This document shows positions 1 to 9,983 of a stretch of 64,000 bases of DNA, piece by piece. The DNA comes from Candidatus Altiarchaeota archaeon (lineage in GTDB: Archaea > Altiarchaeota > Altiarchaeia > IMC4 > SCGC-AAA252-I15), in NCBI GenBank assembly GCA_043813075.1, contig JBDRLL010000003.1, positions 54,606 through 118,605 on the forward strand, written 5' to 3'. Under the pieces are notes generated by a model, which searched no databases, had not been told where the DNA came from, and saw only the letters and a list, made by a program, of their open reading frames with translations. A program made the translations under genes and the position numbers. Every line of letters begins with the position of its first letter. Position 1 is the stretch's first letter.

Positions 1-441
1 AGGGGATTCGGTGAGGAGGAGGATGGGACTTACGTCCTGTCGCTCATAGAGGCTTTATTCCTCGTGGAGGAGGTTAAGCTAGACGTTATGAAGAAGGAGA
101 AGCCCCTCTCGTTCGAAGACCTCGTTAAGCTCGGCTCAGCCAAGGAAGAGGAATTCTACAACAAATACATCGTCTACAAGGACTTGAGGAAGCGTGGCCT
201 TGTCGTGAGGACTGGATTGAAGTTTGGCACAGACTTCCGGCTCTATGACCGAGGAGGCAGTGTGGGTAAAAGCCACTCCAAATACCTGGTGCACGTGGTG
301 CCTGAGGAGTACTCCTGCAGTTTCCCTGAGATGGCGCGAGCACTACGACTAGCGAAGAACGTGAACAAGGACATGATATACGCCATAGTCGATGAGGAAT
401 GCGACGTCACGTATTACCTGGTTGATAGGATGAGGCTGTAA
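1..441 (+). CDS. endA: tRNA-splicing endonuclease, catalytic C-terminal part (5' end runs off window)
   Basis: Frame 1 is open from base 1 with no upstream stop, so the gene is 5'-truncated. Motifs GLVVRTGLKFGTDFRLY and SHSKYLVHV match the EndA catalytic domain. Confidence 0.75.
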   Translation, partial: RGFGEEEDGTYVLSLIEALFLVEEVKLDVMKKEKPLSFEDLVKLGSAKEEEFYNKYIVYKDLRKRGLVVRTGLKFGTDFRLYDRGGSVGKSHSKYLVHVVPEEYSCSFPEMARALRLAKNVNKDMIYAIVDEECDVTYYLVDRMRL

Positions 442-788
442 TGGACTACAGGAAGTTCGCCATAGACTTCATAATCGGCGGCATGATGGTGGCAGGCGCT
501 GTGACAGTGGGAGTGCTAGTGAACCCCGCCTTGGGGGGTATTATGGCCGGAGCTCCTCTGCGTCTCGCAAGCACCATATTCCTTACTGGAATGCATGAAG
601 GGGATAAACTAGCCTATGAGATGGCGAAAGGCTCGCTCTACGCAGTGTTGGGGACACTATTGTTCTCACTGTCGCTTGTGTACTTGATGCCCAAAGTGGG
701 TTTGACCAGGAGCTTTGTCTTATCCACGACAGTCTGGATGATTGCGACGATAGGGCTTTATTCCATAGGGAAGGCTGTCCTTAGGTAG
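441..788 (+). CDS. small integral membrane protein, function unknown
   Basis: 115 aa, 3-4 hydrophobic helices; start overlaps the endA stop (TAATG). Confidence 0.4.
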   Translation: MDYRKFAIDFIIGGMMVAGAVTVGVLVNPALGGIMAGAPLRLASTIFLTGMHEGDKLAYEMAKGSLYAVLGTLLFSLSLVYLMPKVGLTRSFVLSTTVWMIATIGLYSIGKAVLR

Positions 789-2423
789 TCAGCTTAGAAA
801 GGTTTTTTCAGTTACGGTTATGCTCGGCTTCTGGCTCTGATTGTAGAAGTACGTGTAAGTCGTCCCGCAACCATAAGCCTTATCACCCACGCAAGTGACT
901 ATGTGCCTGGTGTCGGACACCATGCCAGCCATCGTATTCTTGACTGTAGGGTCAAAGTAGACCCAACCACCATCATAGTACTCAACCCACGCATGGCCGT
1001 CGGCGCTGCTCGAGTTCACCAGGAATCCGGTAACCCTCCTTGCTGGTATGCCAAGGCATCTGAGGAATACTGCGGCAAGATCCGCGTGCTCATCGCACGC
1101 GCCCTTACGGTTAGAGTAAGCGTATAACCCACCATGCTCCAGCTCGTCAGCGTAGTATTCTATGTTGTCGTTCATCCAGGAGTAGACTTCAATCACCGTA
1201 TCGCCCGGTTTCCCTGACCTGAATGCCTCAGACGGGGGGCATAACATCTTCGACGCCACACTGTCCATCTCCAACGCATAGGACATGTCAGCTGACGCCA
1301 TCATCCTCTTAGACGGCCTTAAACCGCCATTCAACTCTACATCCTGGGTTATCCTTATCTCCCTTATGCCTTTACCATCGAAATCCAGCTCATAGGAGTA
1401 GACCATATTACCGTCATCATCCACAAAACTAGACTTCGGACTAATGCTTGACTTGGTTTCGATGAGACGCTGATACGGCAGGTAGTCTATGGCGGCGGGC
1501 GTCACATTCAATACGATGCTGGTGCCATACCCGGAATTCTCAACAGTCACCACCTTAGTTATCCTACGTCTCTCGACGCAATCACGGCCACACACATCAC
1601 CGCAGTCGACGCGCTCCTCCCGCCCATCAAGGATATTGTTGTTGCAGTCCTGCTGGAGTTCATTGTAGTCTTTAATGTGCTTGTTGAATCTGTCGACGAA
1701 CTCACGGTCCTGCTGGACGGACTCTGTCATCAGCGTGTTCGCGGAGTTGAGGAGTCCTGGCTTCCTCTCCGTAGCGTACTTTATCATCTGATCGATGGAC
1801 TTCAGATATAGCTCAAGAGTGTTGTCGAATATCGAGTGCATGCCAGCGAACTCTGTTGGGGGTGTGAGCATCTTCAGACGGGAATGTATCGAAGATATGC
1901 GGGAGTAGGACTCGATAGCACTCACCTTCAGGGCGTTGAAGTCGTAGTCCCTGTTGTACGCGTTGACTGCGCCACCATACTCCATGGACTCGTTGTACCA
2001 CTCATCCCTCAAAGCGTTTATCCTGTTGACGTAGTTCGTACCGGAGTCATTGCACGGGTCGCATGGCCCGCCACAGTCCACCCCCTTCTCCCCCTGATTC
2101 TGCATGCCATCGATGCACGTCGCTCTGCAGTCTTGAGGGCAGTTGAGGTAGTCTTCAGTGGTCTCGCACGCGCTGTTCCCACAGCATTCAAGGAGCTCCT
2201 GGGACACGCAACTCCCGTTCATGCACGTGTATGCAATGCAGCCGCCGGTGCCGTAACACCCCTTTTCCGGGCCGTCAACAGGAGTGTAAACACACTCCAT
2301 GCTGTCGTTGCAGTAGTCAAAGGTGCATGGATTACTGTCGTCGCACACTGGACACTGGCGAGTGCAACCTAAAGCCATGAAAACCACTAAGGCGACGACG
2401 GGAATAATGTTCCTCGACTCCAT
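789..2423 (-). CDS. secreted Cys-rich protein with C-terminal transglutaminase-like cysteine-protease domain
   Basis: N-terminal signal/TM segment, then many CxxC/CC repeats (EGF/knottin-like). C-terminus (GACDEHADLAAVFLRCLGIPARRV...GHAWVEYY..FDPT) matches the transglutaminase-like Cys-His-Asp core. Confidence 0.6.
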   Translation of the reverse strand: MESRNIIPVVALVVFMALGCTRQCPVCDDSNPCTFDYCNDSMECVYTPVDGPEKGCYGTGGCIAYTCMNGSCVSQELLECCGNSACETTEDYLNCPQDCRATCIDGMQNQGEKGVDCGGPCDPCNDSGTNYVNRINALRDEWYNESMEYGGAVNAYNRDYDFNALKVSAIESYSRISSIHSRLKMLTPPTEFAGMHSIFDNTLELYLKSIDQMIKYATERKPGLLNSANTLMTESVQQDREFVDRFNKHIKDYNELQQDCNNNILDGREERVDCGDVCGRDCVERRRITKVVTVENSGYGTSIVLNVTPAAIDYLPYQRLIETKSSISPKSSFVDDDGNMVYSYELDFDGKGIREIRITQDVELNGGLRPSKRMMASADMSYALEMDSVASKMLCPPSEAFRSGKPGDTVIEVYSWMNDNIEYYADELEHGGLYAYSNRKGACDEHADLAAVFLRCLGIPARRVTGFLVNSSSADGHAWVEYYDGGWVYFDPTVKNTMAGMVSDTRHIVTCVGDKAYGCGTTYTYFYNQSQKPSITVTEKTFLS

Positions 2424-2815
2424 CAGACATTCCTCCAGAAGCCCTTGAAAATCCTCCCGAACGCTCCGGCCAGGTTTCCTTGACCAACAGTATTTTCACC
2501 GAGGAACGACAGGAGTTCCGCGTATTTAGCCGACTCCCTAGGCCCGATAATGTATTCGCTGATGACTTCCAAGTCATGGCTGTCCAGAGAAAAGCGGGGG
2601 TTGTATTTAACATATTCCGACTCCCTGTTGGTGCCGTCGTTTTTCAAGAACACTGACTCAGCCATCCCGACTTCAACGAGTATCTGCACTATCTTCCTTG
2701 CTTCAGTGAGGCTTCCAATCATCTCCCTGAGTTCGCCCACGCTTAGCCTTCCCTTGGATTGAAGCGTCTTGACTGTGTTCAATAGTTTCTCTGAGCGGGT
2801 CTTGTATTTAGACAT
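2423..2815 (-). CDS. hypothetical protein (possible winged-helix)
   Basis: 130-aa ORF, good coding look, start overlaps stop of downstream gene; no recognisable motif. Confidence 0.35.
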   Translation of the reverse strand: MSKYKTRSEKLLNTVKTLQSKGRLSVGELREMIGSLTEARKIVQILVEVGMAESVFLKNDGTNRESEYVKYNPRFSLDSHDLEVISEYIIGPRESAKYAELLSFLGENTVGQGNLAGAFGRIFKGFWRNV

Positions 2816-2875
2816 CTTTGGTTTTGGATGGGGAATTGTTACCTATTTTAAAGAGTAATTAATATAGAGGATATC

Positions 2876-3880
2876 ATGGAGTACGACCTTCGCAAGCTCG
2901 CTAAATACCCGTTCCTTGATGAAGCGAAATCGTATGTTGCGTCACTGGGGATAGGTCTTGAAGGCATGACTGATGACCCCGTCTATTCCGCCTGCATTGA
3001 GAAGGGCAGGGAGCGTGTCATATCATGCATTAACGGGGAGTTCAAGCCTGATACGGGGGAGACACTCCCGATGCAGCTGACTGTATTGAGCTATCCTATC
3101 GCGAGGATAATAGCGAACAGCCTAAAAAGCAAACCGCTTTTCGAGAAATACGCTCTAGGGGAGGCGAAGGCTGTGGGCAGGTTCCTAGAAGACGAGGATG
3201 ACGAGGTGCTGGGGGAGATAGTCCAAGACCTTGACGTCAAATACTATGACGGGGTGATGCCGCTGGCGGAATACCTGAGGCTCGGCAGATTCCTGGCGAG
3301 GAGGAACAGCAAGTGGAAGCTGGTAAACCGCGTGGTGGACGGGGGCATGGTCAGGATGGACGTGTCAGACTTCAAGACAATTTTGAACGAGGCGGTTAGG
3401 ATAAGGGTCATGCAGCCACTGGACGTTAAGAACGTGCCTGAGAAACTCAAGGTTATCGCCAAGAACATCAACGCGTCCATGACTGGAGTCAGGGATGAGA
3501 TCAGCATCGAGAACGTTGACATGGACGCCCTGCCGGAGTGCATACAGAAGATGATTGCGATGCTCGAGACAGGCAGCGCATCCCACAACGCCATGTTCAT
3601 ACTCGCAACCTTCTTCCTGAACCTCGGCCTCAACAAGGATGATGTCCTCAAAGTGTTCATGAGGTCGCCGGACTATAAGGAGGATTTAGCCAGCTACCAG
3701 ATAGAATTCCTGTCCGGCGAGAAGGGCGGGACCGCCTACACGTGCCCCACCTGCGAGACAATCAAATCCTATGGCCTGGGGTGCAGCGACTGCACATTCC
3801 GGCATCCACTGCAGAAGTACAGGGTTAATGCGAGGGAAAATAGGAATGCCGGCAAGTATAAAAAGAGCCATAATCAATAA
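2876..3880 (+). CDS. putative DNA primase large subunit PriL-like protein with C-terminal 4-Cys cluster
   Basis: 334 aa; N-terminal KYPFLDEAK resembles the archaeal PriL N-terminus; helical; C-terminal CPTC..(x11)..CSDC metal site. Tentative. Confidence 0.4.
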   Translation: MEYDLRKLAKYPFLDEAKSYVASLGIGLEGMTDDPVYSACIEKGRERVISCINGEFKPDTGETLPMQLTVLSYPIARIIANSLKSKPLFEKYALGEAKAVGRFLEDEDDEVLGEIVQDLDVKYYDGVMPLAEYLRLGRFLARRNSKWKLVNRVVDGGMVRMDVSDFKTILNEAVRIRVMQPLDVKNVPEKLKVIAKNINASMTGVRDEISIENVDMDALPECIQKMIAMLETGSASHNAMFILATFFLNLGLNKDDVLKVFMRSPDYKEDLASYQIEFLSGEKGGTAYTCPTCETIKSYGLGCSDCTFRHPLQKYRVNARENRNAGKYKKSHNQ

Positions 3881-3886
3881 GAGTGT

Positions 3887-4204
3887 ATGGACAAAATATT
3901 CTTGGTTAAACTAGAGAGGACTAGGGCTTACTGGGACTATTATAAGATGATCTTCACTATGCTCTGCCTTGCGTGCACCGCGCTTATTGTTTCAACAGCC
4001 ATATTCTTCCACGCTGGGGCTCTGAGTTTCATAGCAGCAGTGGGTTTGAGCGCATTGTTCCTGCTTGTGATCCTCCTCCTGCTCGCGGTCATGTCGCTGA
4101 TGATATGGAGTTTTGAGAACAAGCACCTTCACGACCTGATAGCTGACGAGATAGAGGATGTCCAAGACACTCCAGAGGAGGAGCAGGAGTACCCGCTAGT
4201 CTAA
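3887..4204 (+). CDS. small membrane protein, unknown function
   Basis: 105 aa, two long hydrophobic helices, acidic C-terminus. Confidence 0.35.
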   Translation: MDKIFLVKLERTRAYWDYYKMIFTMLCLACTALIVSTAIFFHAGALSFIAAVGLSALFLLVILLLLAVMSLMIWSFENKHLHDLIADEIEDVQDTPEEEQEYPLV

Positions 4205-4345
4205 CGCAGTATTTCAGAGCAGTTGCGGGAGTATCTTCCGTGACTTCGATCTCCCATGTTCCGTTGTGGCGTCAAATCTTTCGACAGCATGCTTCTGCAG
4301 TTCCTCACGATAGACCATATTACCACATATGGTTTTTAGGGTAAA

Positions 4346-4762
4346 TCAGTAGTAGGCTAGGAGTGTTCCTGAACTGGCCCTTTCCACGGCCTTCCTGCGC
4401 ATCTGGTCGTAGTCCGGCTCTCTTACGGGCTCCACAACACCAAGGTGGTCGTTTATCCATTCCACGTATTCAACAGTCTTCTTGCAGTTGTGGATGGCGT
4501 TCTCTATGTTGTCGGGGTTGTCATTGGCCTTCATCGCGTTCAGGTAGGCGGAGCACATCTCTTTCATGTGGAGTAGTGCGGGCACGCGCATCCATTCTAT
4601 GAGGTTCTCGAGTTCTACGACGTGCAGGCCTGATAGGGTTTTGCGCAGGTTGTTTCTCGCTTCTTTGCGGATCTCCTTGTTCGGGTGCCATACGTCCGAG
4701 TGGTTGTTTATGAGCACCCGCGTGTCGATACCCCTTAAATCCATTCCCCCATTAATTATCAC
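4346..4762 (-). CDS. hypothetical protein
   Basis: 138-aa ORF immediately downstream of rbcL on the same strand; no motif recognised. Confidence 0.4.
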   Translation of the reverse strand: MIINGGMDLRGIDTRVLINNHSDVWHPNKEIRKEARNNLRKTLSGLHVVELENLIEWMRVPALLHMKEMCSAYLNAMKANDNPDNIENAIHNCKKTVEYVEWINDHLGVVEPVREPDYDQMRRKAVERASSGTLLAYY

Positions 4763-4869
4763 GGAATCAGGGGGTTAAAAAGGCGTTTCTAGAGCAAAGG
4801 AAAAGAAAAAAAACTTTTAAAATATAAGAAAATGTTTTATTATATAAGATAATTTTTTATAGTATAAGG
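4763..4869. promoter_or_regulatory. AT-rich intergenic region: rbcL terminator T-tract plus downstream-gene promoter
   Basis: On the minus strand, a T8 run follows the rbcL stop, and TATA-like ttatatataataaaac elements precede the 4762 start. Confidence 0.4.
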
Positions 4870-6132
4870 CTATTTCCCGAACTTTTTTAGCGCCTTCCTC
4901 AGCTCCTCGTGGTCTCTCGCGTAATCCTCTAGGGACACTCCCTCAAGCACCGCGTCAACCGCCTGCCGCATGCTCTTCGCCCCAGCAACCGTCCCATCCG
5001 GGTGGCCGTGAACGCCGCCGCCGGCCTGTATGATGACGTCCTTGCCCATGAAGTCCATCAAAGGCGGGACTATCCCCGCATGCATGCCGCCGCTGGAGAC
5101 AGGGAACACCGGCTTCATGCCATACCACTTCTGGGGCAGCACAAACTCGTCCATCCTAACGTCATCCTCCACTATGGCGTCGCGTATGGCCATAACCTCC
5201 CTCATGGGGCCCTCCATCTTGCCGACTGCAGTGCCGATGTGAAGCTGGTCGACCCCAATCATCCGGTATATCTTAGCCAACGCGAGCATCGTTATCCCAT
5301 GACTCTTGTTCCTGGTCAACGCGGCATGCATTGCCCTGTGGGCGTGCAAGACCAGGCCTATCTCATGCATCCTAACGGTCTGGACCGCGCTGAAACCAAG
5401 AGTCACCACGTCTATCATCGCGTAACGGCCGCCATGGTCCTTTATGAACTCCATGCGGCGTATCATCTCACTGGTCTCCGCGGTGATGTTCGCCATATAC
5501 ACCTTCTGCTCGCCGGTCTCAGAGTAAGCCTTGTCACGCGCCTCAAGAGTCTTGATCACCCGGTCTTCGAAACGGTTGAATGGCTGGTCTGTCAGGTTCT
5601 CATCGTCCTTGACTATGTCGCAGCCGCCAAGCCAGCTCCCATAGGCGACGTCAGCGTGCTGCTGTGAATCCAACCCCACCTTCGGCTTCACTATAGTCCC
5701 CACAAGAGGACGCTCACTGACCTCCAACACTTCCCTTACGCCGGAAACCCCAAAGTGAGGGCCCTTATGCGCCTTCAGCACCGCCCTCGGAAAGCCTATG
5801 TCCAGCAGCCGGAGGTTTTCAATGGCCTTCATGCCGTAGATGTTTCCGGCGATGCTGCTCATAATCTGCGGTACGTTAGAGGGCTCGAACAACTCGAGTG
5901 GATACGCTATCTTGGCCAGCCCCTTCTTCTCATCCATCCAGTACACGTGGGGCTGCAGGTTCTCACGCACCTCATCCTTCATCGTCGACACGTCAGTCCA
6001 AGTGCCGATGCTTGACTCGCCGGTAACATGCTCGCACGCCTTCGGGAAAGAGATGCCCTTAGAGGGCTCGATGTAGAACAATGTCAGCATATCATTGTCG
6101 TCCGGCGCATACTTCAGGTCGATGTAGGACAT
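4870..6132 (-). CDS. rbcL: ribulose-1,5-bisphosphate carboxylase/oxygenase large subunit, archaeal form III
   Basis: 420 aa; GGCDIVKDDENLTDQPF, GGMHAGIVP, VIIQAGGGVHGHPDG and the active-site Lys region are typical of form III RuBisCO. Confidence 0.9.
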   Translation of the reverse strand: MSYIDLKYAPDDNDMLTLFYIEPSKGISFPKACEHVTGESSIGTWTDVSTMKDEVRENLQPHVYWMDEKKGLAKIAYPLELFEPSNVPQIMSSIAGNIYGMKAIENLRLLDIGFPRAVLKAHKGPHFGVSGVREVLEVSERPLVGTIVKPKVGLDSQQHADVAYGSWLGGCDIVKDDENLTDQPFNRFEDRVIKTLEARDKAYSETGEQKVYMANITAETSEMIRRMEFIKDHGGRYAMIDVVTLGFSAVQTVRMHEIGLVLHAHRAMHAALTRNKSHGITMLALAKIYRMIGVDQLHIGTAVGKMEGPMREVMAIRDAIVEDDVRMDEFVLPQKWYGMKPVFPVSSGGMHAGIVPPLMDFMGKDVIIQAGGGVHGHPDGTVAGAKSMRQAVDAVLEGVSLEDYARDHEELRKALKKFGK

Positions 6133-6187
6133 AAGAAGATAATCGTATGACGGCTATAAAAAAGGCAGCGCTCCCTAAAGTAATCAC

Positions 6188-7330
6188 ATGAGAGTGTCTT
6201 GTAGTGCCAGTCAAAAGCCAGACGAGATATTCAAGCATCTTACTGACGTGCAGCCTGCAAGCGAGGGTATGAAGGCTGAAAAGCGCGAATACACCACAAT
6301 ATACAGTTTTCCGAGCAGGAAGGATTACGGCAGAATAACAGTGTATAACCCTGTGTTCCATTCAGGGAACACTGAAATCCCATTCAATCTCTCCCGACTG
6401 GCAAGTCCTGAAGGCCGCGATTTCGTAGCCGCCCTAACAAGAGCACGGCTTGACACGCCATACGGGGGGCCGCAGGATGAACGTGACCTACCGTACTACA
6501 GGATATGGGAGAAACACCGGACTGACGAGTCGAGTTTTATATGTTCTGTTACCGGTTCTTTCAGAAGGCATGTTCTGGGAATGCCCTGTGTTATTAGGGG
6601 CGAGGAGTCCATGCTAGAAGCCAAGATCCCTGGGGAGGATGTTGAACACCGCCAGGTCAGTTTGAGAGACTTTGACTACACCATGAGAATGGTCAACAGA
6701 TACGGTTTTAATGCCGGATTCATGGAACCCGTCATGAGCGTCTATTATCCTGATGCAGAATCCGAGTTGTATGGCGAACGTAGGAGGGAGCCGATGCTTG
6801 CGGTTTTTTTCCGCCATCATCCGAACAGGAGGCTGTACGATCACACCCACAACGAACCGGTTAGCAGAGGATATCTGCAGCACGTTGCAAAAAACTGCGG
6901 CATGTCAGTTGAAAACCTGGTTGAGGATGTCGCATGCAGCGTATTCGACATACTCGGGAAGATTCACGCAGAGGGTATACTAATCCAGGGGGAAGCCTTC
7001 CTCTGGAATTACATCCTAACTGAGAAGGGGAAGACAATGTATGTGCCAGACTTCGACCAGTCAAGGGAGATTGAATACCCTGAGGAATACCAGCGACTTG
7101 GGGGGACAGAAGTCGCAGACATGACGCTACACACGATGAGACACATTATAGAGCCCAACATACTAGACCCTGCAAAGCGTACCGCGATAATAACCAAGTG
7201 CCTTAAGAATTATGCAGACACTATGAGGAGGTATAATGCAGGATTATGCGAAACAGGGCCTATACCACCTCCTCCTGAAGGCGAGCGTGAATTCGACGTG
7301 AAATCCATTGTTGGAGAGGGCATACGATAA
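6188..7330 (+). CDS. uncharacterised protein with protein-kinase-like (PKL) fold C-terminal region
   Basis: HAEGILIQGEAFLWNYIL...MYVPDFDQS resembles the catalytic-loop/DFG-like segment of atypical kinases (RIO/Kdo/APH-like). Otherwise novel. Confidence 0.4.
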   Translation: MRVSCSASQKPDEIFKHLTDVQPASEGMKAEKREYTTIYSFPSRKDYGRITVYNPVFHSGNTEIPFNLSRLASPEGRDFVAALTRARLDTPYGGPQDERDLPYYRIWEKHRTDESSFICSVTGSFRRHVLGMPCVIRGEESMLEAKIPGEDVEHRQVSLRDFDYTMRMVNRYGFNAGFMEPVMSVYYPDAESELYGERRREPMLAVFFRHHPNRRLYDHTHNEPVSRGYLQHVAKNCGMSVENLVEDVACSVFDILGKIHAEGILIQGEAFLWNYILTEKGKTMYVPDFDQSREIEYPEEYQRLGGTEVADMTLHTMRHIIEPNILDPAKRTAIITKCLKNYADTMRRYNAGLCETGPIPPPPEGEREFDVKSIVGEGIR

Positions 7331-7345
7331 AGCAAAACAATTGCT

Positions 7346-8356
7346 ATGAGAATGCACAGGGTCCAACACAGGCAGGGGGCAGGAGATGAGAGAAAAAGGA
7401 TTAGGCTTCCTGAAGAGGAGATAGAGTTGAGGGGGCCTGAAGAGCCAGTTAGGAAGAGGCGTCAGAGGAAGCATAAGCCTGTCGTAGACTTGTACTCGTA
7501 TCACGCCACTAACGTGCCTAAGTTCAATGCCCTTGCTGAAAGCAATCCCGGCGTCAAACACATTTACGTGGGTTATGAATTGGATGGTGGATTCTCATAT
7601 GAATACGCTGCTGACGGCAGTTGGGAGGGGAGAACGTGGGATCCTGGCGAACTATCGAAACGTAGTGCCGACGACGTGTTCAGGGAATACGCCAGGGGTA
7701 GGAGGAGGGAATTCTCGTCAAAGGATGTCCTAGTGTGGCTGAAGTCCCAGGACGACAACTCTGTTAATCGATTCAACATAGATGGGTGTATTCCGCCAAA
7801 GGAAGTTTTGAAAGAGTGCATGAGGGTTCTGGAACCGGGAGGGGCGATAGAGATGACGGTACCGTATCATGACAAGGAAGTGTCTGACAGAGTCCTGACT
7901 GAAATGCAGTTAAAGACTAGTACTGTGCCGCTATCACCGCTGGATTTGACGGCAGACTCTGTGAGAAATGACCTTTTCGAGGATAAATGGCGCCACCCGG
8001 TGAAATACATCATAGAAAAGCCGGGTGGCGGCATAGAAGTGGACCGCAGACCGTTCTGGGAACGCCTAAACATGGAGCATATGAGGACGCTTGAGGGGAG
8101 GGTATATTCACAGCTTATCATGGACATTCATGAATCATTGAGGAGGGACCATGGCATGGATTACGGAGACCAGCTATTCGATGCGTTCAGGCACCCGACT
8201 ACATGGGACATATTTAGAGACGTCTCAAGACTAGAAGAAGAGGATGCTTCAAGACTCAGGGGAGTGTTGACAGGATTAGATGATGAGGGGAGAGTCCTGG
8301 AATGCCAGAAACCATTGTTCACTGAATTAATAAGAGCAGCCAAAAGACCGGTATGA
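7346..8356 (+). CDS. hypothetical protein (basic N-terminus; possible methyltransferase-like VLEPGG motif)
   Basis: 336 aa; Arg/Lys-rich N-terminus; RVLEPGGAIEMTV resembles the post-motif II/III region of class I methyltransferases but no clear GxGxG. Confidence 0.35.
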   Translation: MRMHRVQHRQGAGDERKRIRLPEEEIELRGPEEPVRKRRQRKHKPVVDLYSYHATNVPKFNALAESNPGVKHIYVGYELDGGFSYEYAADGSWEGRTWDPGELSKRSADDVFREYARGRRREFSSKDVLVWLKSQDDNSVNRFNIDGCIPPKEVLKECMRVLEPGGAIEMTVPYHDKEVSDRVLTEMQLKTSTVPLSPLDLTADSVRNDLFEDKWRHPVKYIIEKPGGGIEVDRRPFWERLNMEHMRTLEGRVYSQLIMDIHESLRRDHGMDYGDQLFDAFRHPTTWDIFRDVSRLEEEDASRLRGVLTGLDDEGRVLECQKPLFTELIRAAKRPV

Positions 8357-8410
8357 AGATGGTGATCGACCTAGACTCAGTTATATTCTGGCACCTAAAT
8401 TATTATCAAG

Positions 8411-9367
8411 GTGGATGACATGACAGAGCCCCTTGAAGTCCGCAGCCTTGTCTGCCGTAAGAACGTCGAGGTTGCACTGGTATGCCTGGATTCGCTCATC
8501 AGATTCTCCGCAGAACCCTTAAAGCTCATAATCCACGACGACGGCTCCCTGACGGAGAATGACGTTGAAAGACTCTCTGAAGGACTCGGCAACCCGGAGA
8601 TAATAAGTCGGCCATGCGCTGACGAGAGGATGGAGCCGCTACTCGAAGGCTATCCGATGATGAAGGAGGTCAGGGGCATGAACCCGCTGACCCTCAAGCT
8701 GATGGACTGCCCCATGATGTCGGACGGAGACTACGCCTTCTGCGACCCCGACGTCCTGTTCACACGGCCGTTCACGGGACTGTTCAAGTGGCCTGACGAC
8801 AAGGTTAATGCATTGTTCATGAAGGACCATTTAGACTCCTACGTGTTCAGACTGAAGGACATGGTGGGTGATGGCAGGATAAGAACTCCTTCAAAGGTTA
8901 ACACCGGCATAATATTCCTAAGGAAAGGGGCCTTCAACCCGGGCATTGTTGAGGAGGTTATGGGACGGCTGGACTACAGGCGCGGGAATTTCCTCTACGA
9001 GCAGACGTGCTGGGCAGTCATCGCAGGCAGGGTTGGGTGCATGCAATACGATTCAGAACAGGTGAAGACGACTGACAACAGGTTCATGAACCACCTGGAA
9101 AGGTACTCTGACGCAGCCGCAATACACTTGACTGGAGGGGGCAAACAGCGTTTGAACGAGCTGATGGGAAGGATGGTTTTAATGGGTGATGGAGAGCCTG
9201 AGGAGATTAAGACTATCAGGCCGTGCAGCATGGACGCCCATTCCATAATCCACATACTATGGCACTTCAACGTTTTCCAGAGATACGAGAGGGTTTACAA
9301 GAGATGCTATGAGGGGACGATACCCTGCAGGACCTTGAGGAGGATTAGGGAGGGTCTTGGCGTATAG
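8411..9367 (+). CDS. hypothetical protein, possible nucleotide-sugar transferase (DDGS / DxD-like motifs)
   Basis: 318 aa; LIIHDDGSLTEND and CDPDVLF are reminiscent of GT-A glycosyltransferases. Weak. Confidence 0.3.
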   Translation: MDDMTEPLEVRSLVCRKNVEVALVCLDSLIRFSAEPLKLIIHDDGSLTENDVERLSEGLGNPEIISRPCADERMEPLLEGYPMMKEVRGMNPLTLKLMDCPMMSDGDYAFCDPDVLFTRPFTGLFKWPDDKVNALFMKDHLDSYVFRLKDMVGDGRIRTPSKVNTGIIFLRKGAFNPGIVEEVMGRLDYRRGNFLYEQTCWAVIAGRVGCMQYDSEQVKTTDNRFMNHLERYSDAAAIHLTGGGKQRLNELMGRMVLMGDGEPEEIKTIRPCSMDAHSIIHILWHFNVFQRYERVYKRCYEGTIPCRTLRRIREGLGV

Positions 9368-9368
9368 G

Positions 9369-9959
9369 CTATATCCTGCCCTTTGTCGAGGGTATGTCAT
9401 CGCCCACAATACGCGTCGCTTCCCTCAATGATTTCGCCAGCGCCTTGAAGGTCGCCTCCACCTTGTGATGGTCATTCCTGCCCTCGACTTTAACGTTGAG
9501 GTTGAATCTGCCGTTCAACGCGAAGCTCTCGAGGAAGTGCTCTATATTCTCCTTGCTGACGTCGCCGACACGCTTCTCCTCGAACTCGCTGAACGGAAGG
9601 TCTATGACCGCATACGGTCTGCCTGACAGGTCGACGGAAACCTCTGCTCTCGCATCGTCCATGGGGACTATGGAGTGCGCCATACGGGCTATACCCTTCT
9701 TGTCGCCCAACGCCTTTTGAAATGCTTCACCCAAGCATATGCCCACATCCTCAACTAGATGGTGGTCGTCGACTTCAACATCACCCTTAGCGTCAATCTT
9801 CAAATCGAAGCCGCTGTGCTTGGAGAAGCTCTCGAGCATGTGGCCCAGGAAATTCAATGGCATGTTGACGGCGCTTTTACCGCCGCCATCTACGTTAACC
9901 TCCAGGATTACCTTAGTCTCCCTGGTCTTCCGTGATACAGAAGCTTTCCTCGCGGCCAT
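9369..9959 (-). CDS. hisB: imidazoleglycerol-phosphate dehydratase
   Basis: 196 aa; RETKETKV..VNVDGGG.., DHHLVEDVGICLGEA, GRNDHHKVEATFKALA are hallmark IGPD motifs. Confidence 0.85.
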   Translation of the reverse strand: MAARKASVSRKTRETKVILEVNVDGGGKSAVNMPLNFLGHMLESFSKHSGFDLKIDAKGDVEVDDHHLVEDVGICLGEAFQKALGDKKGIARMAHSIVPMDDARAEVSVDLSGRPYAVIDLPFSEFEEKRVGDVSKENIEHFLESFALNGRFNLNVKVEGRNDHHKVEATFKALAKSLREATRIVGDDIPSTKGRI

Positions 9960-9983
9960 TGTTGATAGGTATTGGTTTTAAGA

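Noticed and set aside
1836-2372. 178-aa plus-strand ORF inside the transglutaminase-like gene region
   Set aside because: Antisense shadow of the confident 789-2423 minus-strand CDS; Ala/Val/Arg-rich, typical of GC-skewed antisense frames.
5002-5667. 221-aa plus-strand ORF
   Set aside because: Lies entirely antisense within rbcL, whose identity is unambiguous.
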